Below, piece after piece: positions 1-9,384 of a stretch of 64,000 nucleotides of DNA. The notes below the pieces were generated by a model. That model ran no database searches. It was not told the DNA's origin and saw only the letters and a list, made by a program, of their open reading frames with translations. Each line of letters begins with the position of its first letter. Within the stretch, counting starts at the first letter, position 1. The translations under genes and the position numbers were made by a program. This stretch comes from an uncultured Gammaproteobacteria bacterium (lineage in GTDB: Bacteria; Pseudomonadota; Gammaproteobacteria; Steroidobacterales; GCA-2729495): the NCBI GenBank assembly GCA_942490785.1, contig CALNYJ010000004.1:700427-764426 (forward strand), in the 5' to 3' direction.

Positions 1-864
1 TTTCACCAGGCAGAAGTTTGCGAGCGCGCGCCACAAACCGATCTGCTCGGGCTCGGCCGGTGGGAATTGTGCACAGTCAAGCCAACAACACAGTTCGTGA
101 TCGAGGTTCAGCTCACGCAACCGCTGCGCGGCATACGGCAACAACGCGCGCAATTCCTCCCGCGCCGGCAAGCTCAGCAATGCATCGGCTTTATCGAGTT
201 CACGTTGCACCAGTATGCGCAGGCTGCGCTCCAGCACTTCGCGCGCACCGGCATCCAGCGCGCCGCTGCCGAGCAAAGGCAACCATTGGTCACGTCGCTC
301 CAGCATCAGCGCCATCAGATCAATAAAGCGGTCGGCCTGGTTATCCAGATGTCGCAGGACAATACCGGCTTGCTGCCCTGTTTGGTCGTCATGAGCAACG
401 TGTTCCAGCGCCCGCCGCGCAGCCAGTTCATAAAGTTCTCTGCGCCGCTCACTGACGACACCCGGCGAGCCGCCGGTGCTCACCGGTGCACTGTCGGTGA
501 GCCAGCTGTTTACTGAATCAAAGGTTCGAATGCGCAACCGGGCGGGAAATTCGAGCAACCGCCAGTTGCGTTCACGATCACGCTCCAGAACACGGGCGGC
601 CAGTTGCGCCGTCTCGGGAAGACGTTCATCCGGCTGTTGCGGTTGCAAGGCCAGCAAAATGCGGTGACGCATTTCCGCGGCCGCTTTGCGCGTAAAAGTC
701 ACCGCCAGAATCTGCTCGGGCTCGTCGACGCGACTGAGTAACGCTAAATAACGTTGCATCAGCAATTCGGTCTTACCGGACCCGGCCGGTGCCTGAACAA
801 TCACAGAACGCTCTGGATCGCGTGCGATCTCGCGTTGCTGCTGATCCGCGACCGGCGTGCTCAT
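1..864 (-). CDS. UvrD/REP-type ATP-dependent helicase (AddA/RecB-like), N-terminal part; gene continues beyond the left edge
   Basis: Minus-strand translation from the ATG at 864-862 reads MSTPVADQQQREIARDPERSVIVQAPAGSGKTELLMQRYL...VTFTRKAAAEM. It carries the Walker A motif APAGSGKT. The start overlaps the stop of the upstream nuclease gene (ATGA). It is absent from the ORF track because it is open at the window edge. Confidence 0.7.
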   Translation of the reverse strand, partial: MSTPVADQQQREIARDPERSVIVQAPAGSGKTELLMQRYLALLSRVDEPEQILAVTFTRKAAAEMRHRILLALQPQQPDERLPETAQLAARVLERDRERNWRLLEFPARLRIRTFDSVNSWLTDSAPVSTGGSPGVVSERRRELYELAARRALEHVAHDDQTGQQAGIVLRHLDNQADRFIDLMALMLERRDQWLPLLGSGALDAGAREVLERSLRILVQRELDKADALLSLPAREELRALLPYAAQRLRELNLDHELCCWLDCAQFPPAEPEQIGLWRALANFCLVK

Positions 865-3578
865 GCTTCGTCTTCCAATACGCCGATGCCCGAGTCATAA
901 ATTCGACTCAACACCGCAAACTGTCGCCGCGCGGAATCCGGGTTGCGCGGATCCAGACGAAAATCACCGGCGGCAAAACGCTCGGCCAGTTCTGCTAACT
1001 GTTTATCCCAGGCACCCCGCAATTCGTCCCACGACTCGATGAGCTGATTGCTAAACGGATACTGATACTTGACTTCAGTACCTGACTTTCTGCCGGGGGA
1101 ACGCATGCCCGGGATGCTGGCCGCGATTGCCTCGTCGCCCACGCCGTCGTAACCGATGCCGCGCGAGGACAGCTGCGCAAAAGCAATACCGGCCGCATCC
1201 GGAACCACGCAGCTGACGTACAACGGCAATTGCAGATCGCGCGGCTGCGCCGGATTCCACGACTGTCGATGCACCTGACCCGTCTTGTAATCAATCACGA
1301 GCCGGCTGCCATCGGACTGTTCGTCCAGTCGATCAAGTTTTAACTGCAGGATCAGCGGGCCCACTCGCACCGTGTGTTGCTGCTCGCATTCAACGATGCG
1401 AAACACGGGGCGCCGTTCATCCAGTTCAAGAAAAGCCAGAATACGTTGCAGCTGCTGTTGCAGCTCAAACTCGGCCAGTCGCTGCATAAATGGCTCACCC
1501 GCACCCGGCAATCTGGCCAGGCCTTTGGCAAGCGACGCGCGAATGCGCGCCGCGCGCTCCGCGGTTGTTAGCGCGGCGACCTCGGCCTGCCCGGGCGCAA
1601 AGGTATAGAAATCCTCCAGTGCCTGATGGGTCAGATTGCCGCGCTGGAGCGCATTAATGCCCACCGGTGGCTGCCGCATTTCAACAGCACCGAGACGTTT
1701 TTCGATAAACGCATTGAGCGGGCTCACCGCTTGCAGATTCAAAACAGAAGCGCCGCCCCGCACCGGCATATCCGGTGGCCAGGCCGGTGGCGGATCGTCC
1801 GACAACAATTCGGTGCGGCCCGCCGCCAGCATCTGCTCGTTCCAGTTGGCCGGAACCGGCAACACGGCTTTCTCCGTCATGTCGCCAAAAAACGGGCTTG
1901 CGGTTAATGCTTCATCATCCAGTTGCTGCGGCCAGCTGACGGTGAGCTCCCCTGCGCTGCTGCAAAGTCGCGCGGCAATCTGCCGGGCATACTCCAGCGC
2001 CACGGCTGGCGACGCATCGGGCATGCCGAGCCGGCGTTGCAGCGCGATCGGAATGAAGGGGTGCGGTCTGGCCGCCGCCGGCCAGAGCTCGCGCGCCATG
2101 CCGCACACCCACAAATGTTCAAAGCGGTGCCCGGCAGCTTCCAGCACACCCATGACCTGCACGCCGTTTGGCGCGCCCTCGGGTTGAAACAGGCGCGCCT
2201 GTGCCAGCTGGCGCAGTATTGCGAGCGCCTCGCCCCGGCTCATCGGGCCCAGCAACCGCGTACTTTCGGCAAAGTCATGCAACAGGCTTTGCCATGACTT
2301 CAGCGCCTGCCAAACCGTGCTGTCCACGCTGTCGTGACCGGGCCAGCCGAGTGCCTCCAGCAATTCACTGAAATTTGCGGCCCATGCCGAACCGGTTTGT
2401 TTACTGAGTCTGGCGCTCTGCTCGGCATGCGCGATCAGGCTCTGCAGCATGGCGGCGAATCCCGGCGCACGGCGCTGACACATCGGCAACGCCGTCGTGA
2501 GCGCAAACTCAATGCGCAACGCTTCGCGCAATCGAACGTCCAGCAATGCGCGCGCGGCAAGCTCCGTGTCGGCTCCCGCAAACCAGCGCGAACGCAACCA
2601 CAGACTGAAGTCGTTAAACGTTGCCCGGCCCTGCCCGAGTTGCAGGACATTGAAAGCCGCTGCGATAACGGGTACCTGCAGCAATGGCTCGCCGTAGGAA
2701 ACGTTCAGCGGGGCATCGGCCGCGCGACCGCTGAGGCGCCAGTCCGGCAACAGTTCATCGAGGAATACGCGGCGCACCTCTGCAGGGCGGTTAGCCAGAT
2801 CCGGGATCACCACGCCAATACTTGCTTCGGGCTGCTGTTCGAGGCGTTCGCGAGCCCACGCCGCGGCCGCGCGCAATTCGTGAGCAGAATCCTGACAGGG
2901 GGCCGCCCGGATGAGCGGCTGCTGTGTGACCGGGGAATCCGCGTCGGCGACGATGTTTACTCTGACCCCACGGATGATGAGGGTGGTGAGCAGGGTTTCG
3001 CGGGCGGGGGCCCAGGTGTCGAAGCCGCTGAAAATGTGGGGCGGCAGGTCGTCGAACAGGCCCTTGTCGATATCTTCCGTCAGCACCGTGCAGAGGCGCG
3101 CGGTATCGACCAGACCGGCGTCGCTGCAGCGGTTGCGGTAACTGCCGGACCAGCGCAGCCAGGCCTTCTGGTCGGGCGACAGATCCGGCTGCGTCCATTC
3201 CTCGCCCCCGAGAGCTTGCCAGTCATTCAGCAATTCCCAGGCCTGACAGGCATGGCGGGCCAACTGCACCGTGCTGCGGCGATCTTCTGACTGCTCGGCT
3301 GACTGCTCGGCTGCAGCGACCGCCGCTTGCCACAGCAGTTCGGCAGCGCTGTCGCTCAGCAAGGTTCCCGTCGCAGCGGCCCCGCCGCGCAAGCGCGATT
3401 CTTCCCACAGGCGCCGCAACCAGGCGCTCCAGCTGACGATATCGGGGGTTGCCCAGGCCGGCGTGCCGCGCGTGATCTGGCGGCGGTCGTAGGCGTGCCG
3501 CAGAGTGCGCGCCAACCGGTTATTGGCGGTGACCACGGTGGCTCCGGATTGCAGCGCGTCCAGAAGCGTTTCGTACAT
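861..3578 (-). CDS. PD-(D/E)XK nuclease family protein, AddB/RecB-family partner of the adjacent helicase
   Basis: 905-aa ORF. The C-terminal LVIDYKTGQ...LQLPLYV resembles the DYK nuclease core of AddB/RecB-type proteins. A 4-nt overlap with the downstream UvrD-type helicase gene suggests an operon pair. Confidence 0.55.
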   Translation of the reverse strand: MYETLLDALQSGATVVTANNRLARTLRHAYDRRQITRGTPAWATPDIVSWSAWLRRLWEESRLRGGAAATGTLLSDSAAELLWQAAVAAAEQSAEQSEDRRSTVQLARHACQAWELLNDWQALGGEEWTQPDLSPDQKAWLRWSGSYRNRCSDAGLVDTARLCTVLTEDIDKGLFDDLPPHIFSGFDTWAPARETLLTTLIIRGVRVNIVADADSPVTQQPLIRAAPCQDSAHELRAAAAWARERLEQQPEASIGVVIPDLANRPAEVRRVFLDELLPDWRLSGRAADAPLNVSYGEPLLQVPVIAAAFNVLQLGQGRATFNDFSLWLRSRWFAGADTELAARALLDVRLREALRIEFALTTALPMCQRRAPGFAAMLQSLIAHAEQSARLSKQTGSAWAANFSELLEALGWPGHDSVDSTVWQALKSWQSLLHDFAESTRLLGPMSRGEALAILRQLAQARLFQPEGAPNGVQVMGVLEAAGHRFEHLWVCGMARELWPAAARPHPFIPIALQRRLGMPDASPAVALEYARQIAARLCSSAGELTVSWPQQLDDEALTASPFFGDMTEKAVLPVPANWNEQMLAAGRTELLSDDPPPAWPPDMPVRGGASVLNLQAVSPLNAFIEKRLGAVEMRQPPVGINALQRGNLTHQALEDFYTFAPGQAEVAALTTAERAARIRASLAKGLARLPGAGEPFMQRLAEFELQQQLQRILAFLELDERRPVFRIVECEQQHTVRVGPLILQLKLDRLDEQSDGSRLVIDYKTGQVHRQSWNPAQPRDLQLPLYVSCVVPDAAGIAFAQLSSRGIGYDGVGDEAIAASIPGMRSPGRKSGTEVKYQYPFSNQLIESWDELRGAWDKQLAELAERFAAGDFRLDPRNPDSARRQFAVLSRIYDSGIGVLEDEA

Positions 3579-3627
3579 CAGGTCGTTACGCAGAAAAACA
3601 TTATTAATATTTGTTTTATATGGCTTT

Positions 3628-4845
3628 TTATTTAACCGATTTTTGCAGAATTCTGTTGATACGGGCGAACACTTCCTCGATCACACCGGCCTCCGGCAAC
3701 AAGGTGATCCGGAAATAGTTGCGATAGTCCACGTTGAAACTGGAGCCCGGTGCGACCAGCACGTGCTCTTCTTCCAGCAACCGCAGCGCAAAAGCATGGT
3801 CGTCAAAACCCGGCAATGCATCGGTATCGACCCCGACGAAGGCATACATGGAGCCGCCCGGCGGCACCAGCGTCAGATAAGGGCTGCGTTCCACGTTATC
3901 AATCACCGCGCGGCGCGATTCATACAGCCGCCCGCCCGGCTCGATAAGGTCGCGCAGGCTCTGAAAGCCGCCCAGCGCCGTTTGCACGCCCCACTGCCCG
4001 GGCACGTTACTGCAGAGCCGCAGCGATGCCAGCAAATCCAGCGCATGCAGGTATTCATTAGCCTTGCCATTGGAACCGCTAAAGCTTACCCAACCGACGC
4101 GAAAACCGCAGGCCCGATAAACTTTGGATAACCCGCTGAAAGTACCGCACAAGGTGTTCTTCGCCAGCGTGGCCAGCGGCACGAACTCGGCATCGTCGTA
4201 GGTCATGCCGTCGTAGATCTCATCCGCGAACAGCACCAGCCCGTGACGCTCGGCCAGCGCAACGATTTTTTCCAGCGTCGCGCGACTGTAAACCGCGCCG
4301 GTCGGATTATTGGGGTTGATCACCACCAGCGCGCGCGTTTTGGGGGTGATCAATTTCTCCAGCTGCCCTATGTCGGGTTCAAAGCCGTTCTCGGGCGTGC
4401 ACGGATAGTGCACCGCTTTACCGCCGTTCAGCGTCACCGCGGCAGTCCACAACGGATAGTCCGGGCTCGGTATCAACACCTCGTCGCCGGTATTTAACAG
4501 CGCCCGCAACGTCAGGTCGATGAGTTCGCTGACGCCGTTACCGATAAACACGTCCTCGGCTGTGACGTCCATGACACCGCGATCCTGCTGCTGCATGACC
4601 ACGGCTTCGCGAGCGGGGAAAATGCCCTTCTGATGGCAATACGCCTCGCTGGTCGCCAGATTTTCGATCATCGCCATGCGGATGGTTTCGGGCGTGCGAA
4701 AGCCGAACAGACCGGGGTTGCCGATGTTCAGCGAAATAATCTCGTAGCCCTGGCGCTCCATTTCATGGGCGCGCTGCGCAAGCTGCCCGCGTATTTCGTA
4801 GCGGACGTTACTCAGGCTGTCACTGACAGGTATGGATGAACTCAT
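3628..4845 (-). CDS. alaA: PLP-dependent glutamate-pyruvate (alanine) aminotransferase, AlaA/AlaC type
   Basis: 405 aa. It is colinear with E. coli AlaA as I remember it: NVRYEIRG, LNIGNPGLFGF, GNGVSELI, SPDYPLWTAAV, INPNNPTGAVY, FSGLSKVYRACGFRVGW. Confidence 0.8.
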   Translation of the reverse strand: MSSSIPVSDSLSNVRYEIRGQLAQRAHEMERQGYEIISLNIGNPGLFGFRTPETIRMAMIENLATSEAYCHQKGIFPAREAVVMQQQDRGVMDVTAEDVFIGNGVSELIDLTLRALLNTGDEVLIPSPDYPLWTAAVTLNGGKAVHYPCTPENGFEPDIGQLEKLITPKTRALVVINPNNPTGAVYSRATLEKIVALAERHGLVLFADEIYDGMTYDDAEFVPLATLAKNTLCGTFSGLSKVYRACGFRVGWVSFSGSNGKANEYLHALDLLASLRLCSNVPGQWGVQTALGGFQSLRDLIEPGGRLYESRRAVIDNVERSPYLTLVPPGGSMYAFVGVDTDALPGFDDHAFALRLLEEEHVLVAPGSSFNVDYRNYFRITLLPEAGVIEEVFARINRILQKSVK

Positions 4846-4849
4846 GACG

Positions 4850-6175
4850 TTAACCGTTGGCGTTACTTTGTTTCAGATAGGCCGCATCTTCCATGCGCAA
4901 CATGGCTGAGGCGGCCGTTGCCACCATCAGCATCGCCGTAACGACGCCGAAAGAAACCAGAAAAGACCCGGTGCTGTCGTACAGCCTCGCCGTCATAACC
5001 GGCCCCAGCGCACCGCCCAATGTGTCCAGCACGTTCACGGCACCCAGTATTTTACCCAGCGCCTTGAGCCCGAACAGGTCCGCCGACAACAATTGAATCA
5101 GCGTGTAGATCCCGCCCCAGCCGAAACCAAAGCCGACCAGCCCGATCCAGATAAACAGGGCGTTTCCGTACATCACCGCCAGCACCAGCGAGATAGAACC
5201 GATGAACATCAGGCCGAGGCTTACTAACAATACGCGCTTGCGCCCCAGCTTTTCTGCCAGATAGCCGCTGATAATTTTGCCGATCAAGCCACCTATAAAC
5301 AAAATGCTCACGCCGGTAGCGGCCATTTGTGCCGGGTAGTTTTCAACGCGCAGAAACACGAAGGTCACGGCTGTCATGCCAAGGATGGAATAAAAGGTAC
5401 AGAAAGCCAGCGTGCAGATAATCCAGAAATTGCGGCTGCGCAGGGCCTCGCCGAGCGTATAACCCGGCAAGTCGGCGTTGGCGGGCTCGATGTTACCGGC
5501 AGCGCGTCGCGTCTCACCGGGCGCTCCCTTAACGACAAAGATCGCAACCGGCAGCAACACCAGCGGTATCAGAGCCAGGTATTGAAACACCTCCTGCCAC
5601 GAGTATTCCTGCAAAAGCCACGCGTTTAATTGCGGAAACACCGCATTACCCAGACTGGTGCCGGCCAATACGAGCCCAATAGCCAGCCCGCGGTTTTTTT
5701 CGAACCAGCGGGAAATCAGGTAGACGTTGATCATCAGCCCGCACAAAACCAGCACCAAGCCAAAGGCGACGTGAATGGCGTAAACATCGCCGAGCATCTC
5801 GACGCGGCTGTACGCGAAGTTGCACAGGGCCAGTAATGCGAGCCCGACAATAATAAGTGGCTTCACGCCCACCCGATCAGCGAGCCAGCCCGCCGCCATG
5901 CCTAAAATGCCGGCGGTCGCGAACATCAGGCCGTCGCGCAGCTTCAACTCGCCCAGGGAAATCTCACGACCCGCGCTTTCGCTCAGCGTCTGCAGCAACT
6001 CCAGATCGAAAACGGTGATGCCGCCAATGGTGATTCCATTCGAAACAAACAGTATAAGAAACGAGCACAAGACTATGATCCAACGATAAAAGTTGGTCTC
6101 AGGAGAAGCAGAAATCATCGCGTTATCCGGGCTCTCTGGTGTAGGCCCCGTGCTGCGGGGGCGAAGGCGCAACAT
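4850..6175 (-). CDS. MFS transporter
   Basis: 441-aa ORF with about 12 hydrophobic segments and an MFS-like loop (LADRVGVKP, EKLGRKR). The true start may be the internal MISASPE. Confidence 0.7.
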   Translation of the reverse strand: MLRLRPRSTGPTPESPDNAMISASPETNFYRWIIVLCSFLILFVSNGITIGGITVFDLELLQTLSESAGREISLGELKLRDGLMFATAGILGMAAGWLADRVGVKPLIIVGLALLALCNFAYSRVEMLGDVYAIHVAFGLVLVLCGLMINVYLISRWFEKNRGLAIGLVLAGTSLGNAVFPQLNAWLLQEYSWQEVFQYLALIPLVLLPVAIFVVKGAPGETRRAAGNIEPANADLPGYTLGEALRSRNFWIICTLAFCTFYSILGMTAVTFVFLRVENYPAQMAATGVSILFIGGLIGKIISGYLAEKLGRKRVLLVSLGLMFIGSISLVLAVMYGNALFIWIGLVGFGFGWGGIYTLIQLLSADLFGLKALGKILGAVNVLDTLGGALGPVMTARLYDSTGSFLVSFGVVTAMLMVATAASAMLRMEDAAYLKQSNANG

Positions 6176-6301
6176 TCTACACGGAACCCGATGCCGCTAA
6201 ACCCTCCGGCACCGGCGTCAGCATGCGGGACCGGTGCCGAACTCGCCCCGGTGGTCGGGTTGCGGCATCATGGCCATTCTTTCATTTCGCGGATGGGCCC
6301 C

Positions 6302-7307
6302 ATGCTTAAAGAAATCGCACTGGTCACGATCACCGTCAGCAACCTCGGTCAGGTCGAGCAAGCCTGGCAGGATCATTTCGACTACCGCACCGTTGCCAGC
6401 GGCGCGGTCAGCACTGAGCTGGCCGAACACTGGCAAGCCTCGAGAGATGGTGGGTGCCCCGTATGTGCTGATGCAGCCGTCCAATGACGCGCCCGTCTAC
6501 GTGCGACTGGTGGGTGACGACGCCGTTGAAAACTATCGGCCGATGACGAGCCTCGGCTGGAATGCGACCGAACTGCTGGTCAGCGACACCGACCGCATTG
6601 CCGCCGGCATGGACGATTCCGCTTTTGAGGTCATCGGTAAACCGCGGCCGTTGTGGGACGCCCCGGATGCCCCGCGGGTGATGCAGGCACTGGGTGCCGG
6701 CAACGAGTTGCTCTACCTGACGACCAACAAACAGGCCATGGCCGGGCTCGGCCTGGACGACAGCATGCCGCTGGTGGAGCGCCCGTTCATCATGGTGGCC
6801 GGCGGGTCGTCGATGAGCGATTTCAAGGCTTTCTACGTGGACAAACTGGGGCTGACCATGGATGCACCGCTGGATTTCCCGATCACGATGATTTCCAAAG
6901 CGAACAACCTCCCTCTGGACACCACCTACGCGCTGGCGGTGATCAACCTCTCACCCGGTTACCTGATTGAGGTGGATGAGTTTCCGGCCGAGATCCGGTC
7001 GCGGGAAGTCGCTAAAGACCGGCTGCCGCCGGGCATTGCTGTGGTCAGTTTTACCGCCGACGAGTTGGTCGACAACCTCGACTGGATCAAAGCACCCACC
7101 GCGCTGGCGGAAGCGCCCTACAACGGCCGTAAGGTCGGGCTGCTGCGCGGCCCGGCGGACGAACTGATCGAGGTGATATTGGCCTGCGCCTTAAGCCGCG
7201 TGGTGTTTGGGCATCAGCGCGTAAACCAGCAGATAGACCACCACCGACACAATCAACCCCAGCAACGCGGGAACGGTCGTTTCCGGGTCAAACACAATGT
7301 TCTGTGA
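6302..7307 (+). pseudogene. VOC (glyoxalase/dioxygenase-fold)-like protein, paralog of 31476..32324, interrupted by a 1-nt frameshift near 6446
   Basis: The N-terminus MLKEIALVTITVSNLGQVEQAWQDHF...AEHWQASR is in the frame of ORF 6191..6487. The rest (MVGAPYVLMQPSND...GWNATELLVSD...IEVDEFPAEI...PPGIAVVSF) is in the frame of ORF 6234..7307. Both parts align residue for residue with the 282-aa ORF at 31476..32324. The family name is tentative. Confidence 0.45.
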
Positions 7308-8522
7308 ATTCATCACCGCGACCACGGCACCCACCACGTAGCCCGCGAATGCCGCCGGTCTCCACACCGGCAAGTGCTCCAGGTTGTCGGCGCTGAAGCG
7401 CCCGCGCATCACAAAATAAAAGTGCCCGATCACCGGCCCGATCAGCGGCGGCACAATGCTCGCCAGCAAGTTAATCCAGTCAAGAAAATACTGATAAATG
7501 TTCAGCCCGGCGATGGTGCCAAGCACACCGCAAATCACCGTCATGACGTGCTGCGGGCGCTTAAACACACTGGACGTTTGAATAACCGGCAAATAAAGAT
7601 TCGCATCACCGGTCGTCCACAGCGCCATGCTCATGCCGACCACACCGATAAACGCGATGACCGCGCCTTGTTCACGCAGGTACGTCGTGAAATCAAACGT
7701 ACCCGAAACAACACCACCGAGAGCACCGACCACCTGCAAAAACCATTGCGCGATGATCATGACAATAAAAGGAATAGCAATCGCGACCCACGCCTTGCGT
7801 GCAAAGCGCGTGTACTCCGGCATCACAATCGCGCCGACAATCCACGAACCGATCACCAGGTTCATTGCGGTAAGAAACCCTAGCGGCTGATCATTATTTG
7901 CGACGGTGTCAGCCGACATTTGCAAAAAGCCGCCCCAGCCACCGGCCTGCTCAATGTTCAGCCACGCCGCATACAGGCCCACACCGACAAGCACCGCGAC
8001 CGCCGGAAAACTGACGATTTCCAGGCCGCGCACGCCGAAATACGTGGTGGCGGTGAACAACAATCCCGCGACAATGGCGACGGTGTAAAATGTGGCGCTG
8101 TCGGAATCCCCGGCCCACGCCATGCCGAACGCACCGACCACAATCCCCTGCCAGCCGATCAGCAACAGCGCAATCACCAATACCGGCAAATACGCGCCGA
8201 CTTTTCCGTAAACCAGCTTGTACAGCAACCCGCTGTTGCACGCGGTCTTGTAACCCACGTAACCGACCAATGCACCGATGATGAAGTTAGCGGTGTTGCC
8301 CGCCAGGGAGGCCGCGATCATGTCGGGCCAGAACACCTGCCCACTGCCTAAGGCGCCGCCGGTAATCAAGCCAGTCACCAGAAAACCCCAACCGAAAGCC
8401 AGCGTCAGCAGCGGCCCCGCACCGCGCCGTTGTGAATCCGATAACGGTGCTACCGGATTGTCTTCACTGGCCTGTTCGCTCGCCGCATCGTAATGCCACC
8501 ATGCCCGCAGTTTGTCCAACAT
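7191..8522 (-). CDS. NCS1-family purine/cytosine permease (CodB-like)
   Basis: 443-aa polytopic membrane ORF. It shows CodB-like stretches (LAFGWGFLVTGLITGGALG, ALWTTGDANLYLP, IVPPLIGPVIG). Confidence 0.65.
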   Translation of the reverse strand: MLDKLRAWWHYDAASEQASEDNPVAPLSDSQRRGAGPLLTLAFGWGFLVTGLITGGALGSGQVFWPDMIAASLAGNTANFIIGALVGYVGYKTACNSGLLYKLVYGKVGAYLPVLVIALLLIGWQGIVVGAFGMAWAGDSDSATFYTVAIVAGLLFTATTYFGVRGLEIVSFPAVAVLVGVGLYAAWLNIEQAGGWGGFLQMSADTVANNDQPLGFLTAMNLVIGSWIVGAIVMPEYTRFARKAWVAIAIPFIVMIIAQWFLQVVGALGGVVSGTFDFTTYLREQGAVIAFIGVVGMSMALWTTGDANLYLPVIQTSSVFKRPQHVMTVICGVLGTIAGLNIYQYFLDWINLLASIVPPLIGPVIGHFYFVMRGRFSADNLEHLPVWRPAAFAGYVVGAVVAVMNSQNIVFDPETTVPALLGLIVSVVVYLLVYALMPKHHAA

Positions 8523-8580
8523 CGCTATTCCCCCCGGAACGTTGTTGCGCGTTTTGACGGATATCGGCTACGCGTGTCGG

Positions 8581-9321
8581 TTACTCACCGTCGCCCATCA
8601 GCTCAGTCAATTCGTAATAAGTCTGCATGTAGCCGCCGATGTCACCCCGCAAAAAGGTGAAATTGCCGTCGGCGGTGCACCACAAATCGTAATCCGGGTG
8701 CGCTTCGGGCAATCCGGGCGCCGACACCATTTGAAAATGGTATGAATCAAACTCGCCCGCTGCGACGGTAATGCGCTCTTCACCGATGTACTTCACGTGC
8801 ATGCCGATCTTGAAGAGCATCGGGCCGGTGGCACCGCGATGATCCGGCGAACACAGCAGCATTTCATCCAGCGCCTGCACTTCGCCCGGCTTGTTGCGAT
8901 CGAATAAACGCATGTGCCACGCATCGCAGGCGATGGCGTGATTCTGGAATGTTTTTGGCCACCCGTTGGTGTCCATGCGCTGAGTTACGCGCCCTTCCAG
9001 TGCCGTGTAAGTTTCGCATTCGATAAAACCGTCACCCATGCGAAACCAGCCCGTGCCCATGAACTTGTCATTCACAACCAGGCGAACAAAACAATCGGTC
9101 GGACGCCAGTCTTTATCCAGACTGTAGGTTGCATCGCGCATCACACTCGGCCGGTCGTCGATTTCGCTGTGCACAATGATCGTGCGCCCGCCGTCGGCAT
9201 AAGTGTTGGTCTGAAAATACTCGCGGCCGCGGATCTGGCCTTCGCGCCCTTCTTTCTTGCTGGTGTAGCGAATGGTGCCACGCACGGTGGAGTGGTCGCG
9301 CTGCAAAATACTGTCGTTCAT
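8581..9321 (-). CDS. hypothetical soluble protein, 246 aa, family not recognised
   Basis: Clean 246-aa ORF with non-repetitive composition. It sits directly upstream of, and on the same strand as, the permease gene. No motif that I can name. Confidence 0.5.
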   Translation of the reverse strand: MNDSILQRDHSTVRGTIRYTSKKEGREGQIRGREYFQTNTYADGGRTIIVHSEIDDRPSVMRDATYSLDKDWRPTDCFVRLVVNDKFMGTGWFRMGDGFIECETYTALEGRVTQRMDTNGWPKTFQNHAIACDAWHMRLFDRNKPGEVQALDEMLLCSPDHRGATGPMLFKIGMHVKYIGEERITVAAGEFDSYHFQMVSAPGLPEAHPDYDLWCTADGNFTFLRGDIGGYMQTYYELTELMGDGE

Positions 9322-9384
9322 TGTTGATTAAGTCCTTTAAAACGGTCGACCTTAAAACGGCCGCCCATTCTAGCCTCGCACGGG

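Noticed and set aside
2334-3290. Long antisense ORFs opposite well-supported genes. Examples are 2334..3290 (+), 18846..19796 (-), 20932..21795 (+), 26979..28259 (+), 37340..38416 (+), 40267..41289 (-), 57935..58912 (+) and 10353..10841 (-).
   Set aside because: Each lies entirely within a gene on the other strand that has strong family motifs. Their translations are Arg/Ala/Gly/His/Gln-rich low-complexity strings, typical of shadow ORFs in GC-rich DNA. None has a recognisable domain or ribosome-binding site.
6439-6444. The restriction sites next to the two isolated frameshifts (XhoI CTCGAG at 6439-6444; NheI GCTAGC at 46540-46545) as possible cloning or engineering scars.
   Set aside because: Six-base palindromes are expected many times by chance in 64 kb. 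There is no vector-like, linker-like or otherwise foreign sequence around either site, and the flanking codons align with paralogs. I treat this as coincidence.
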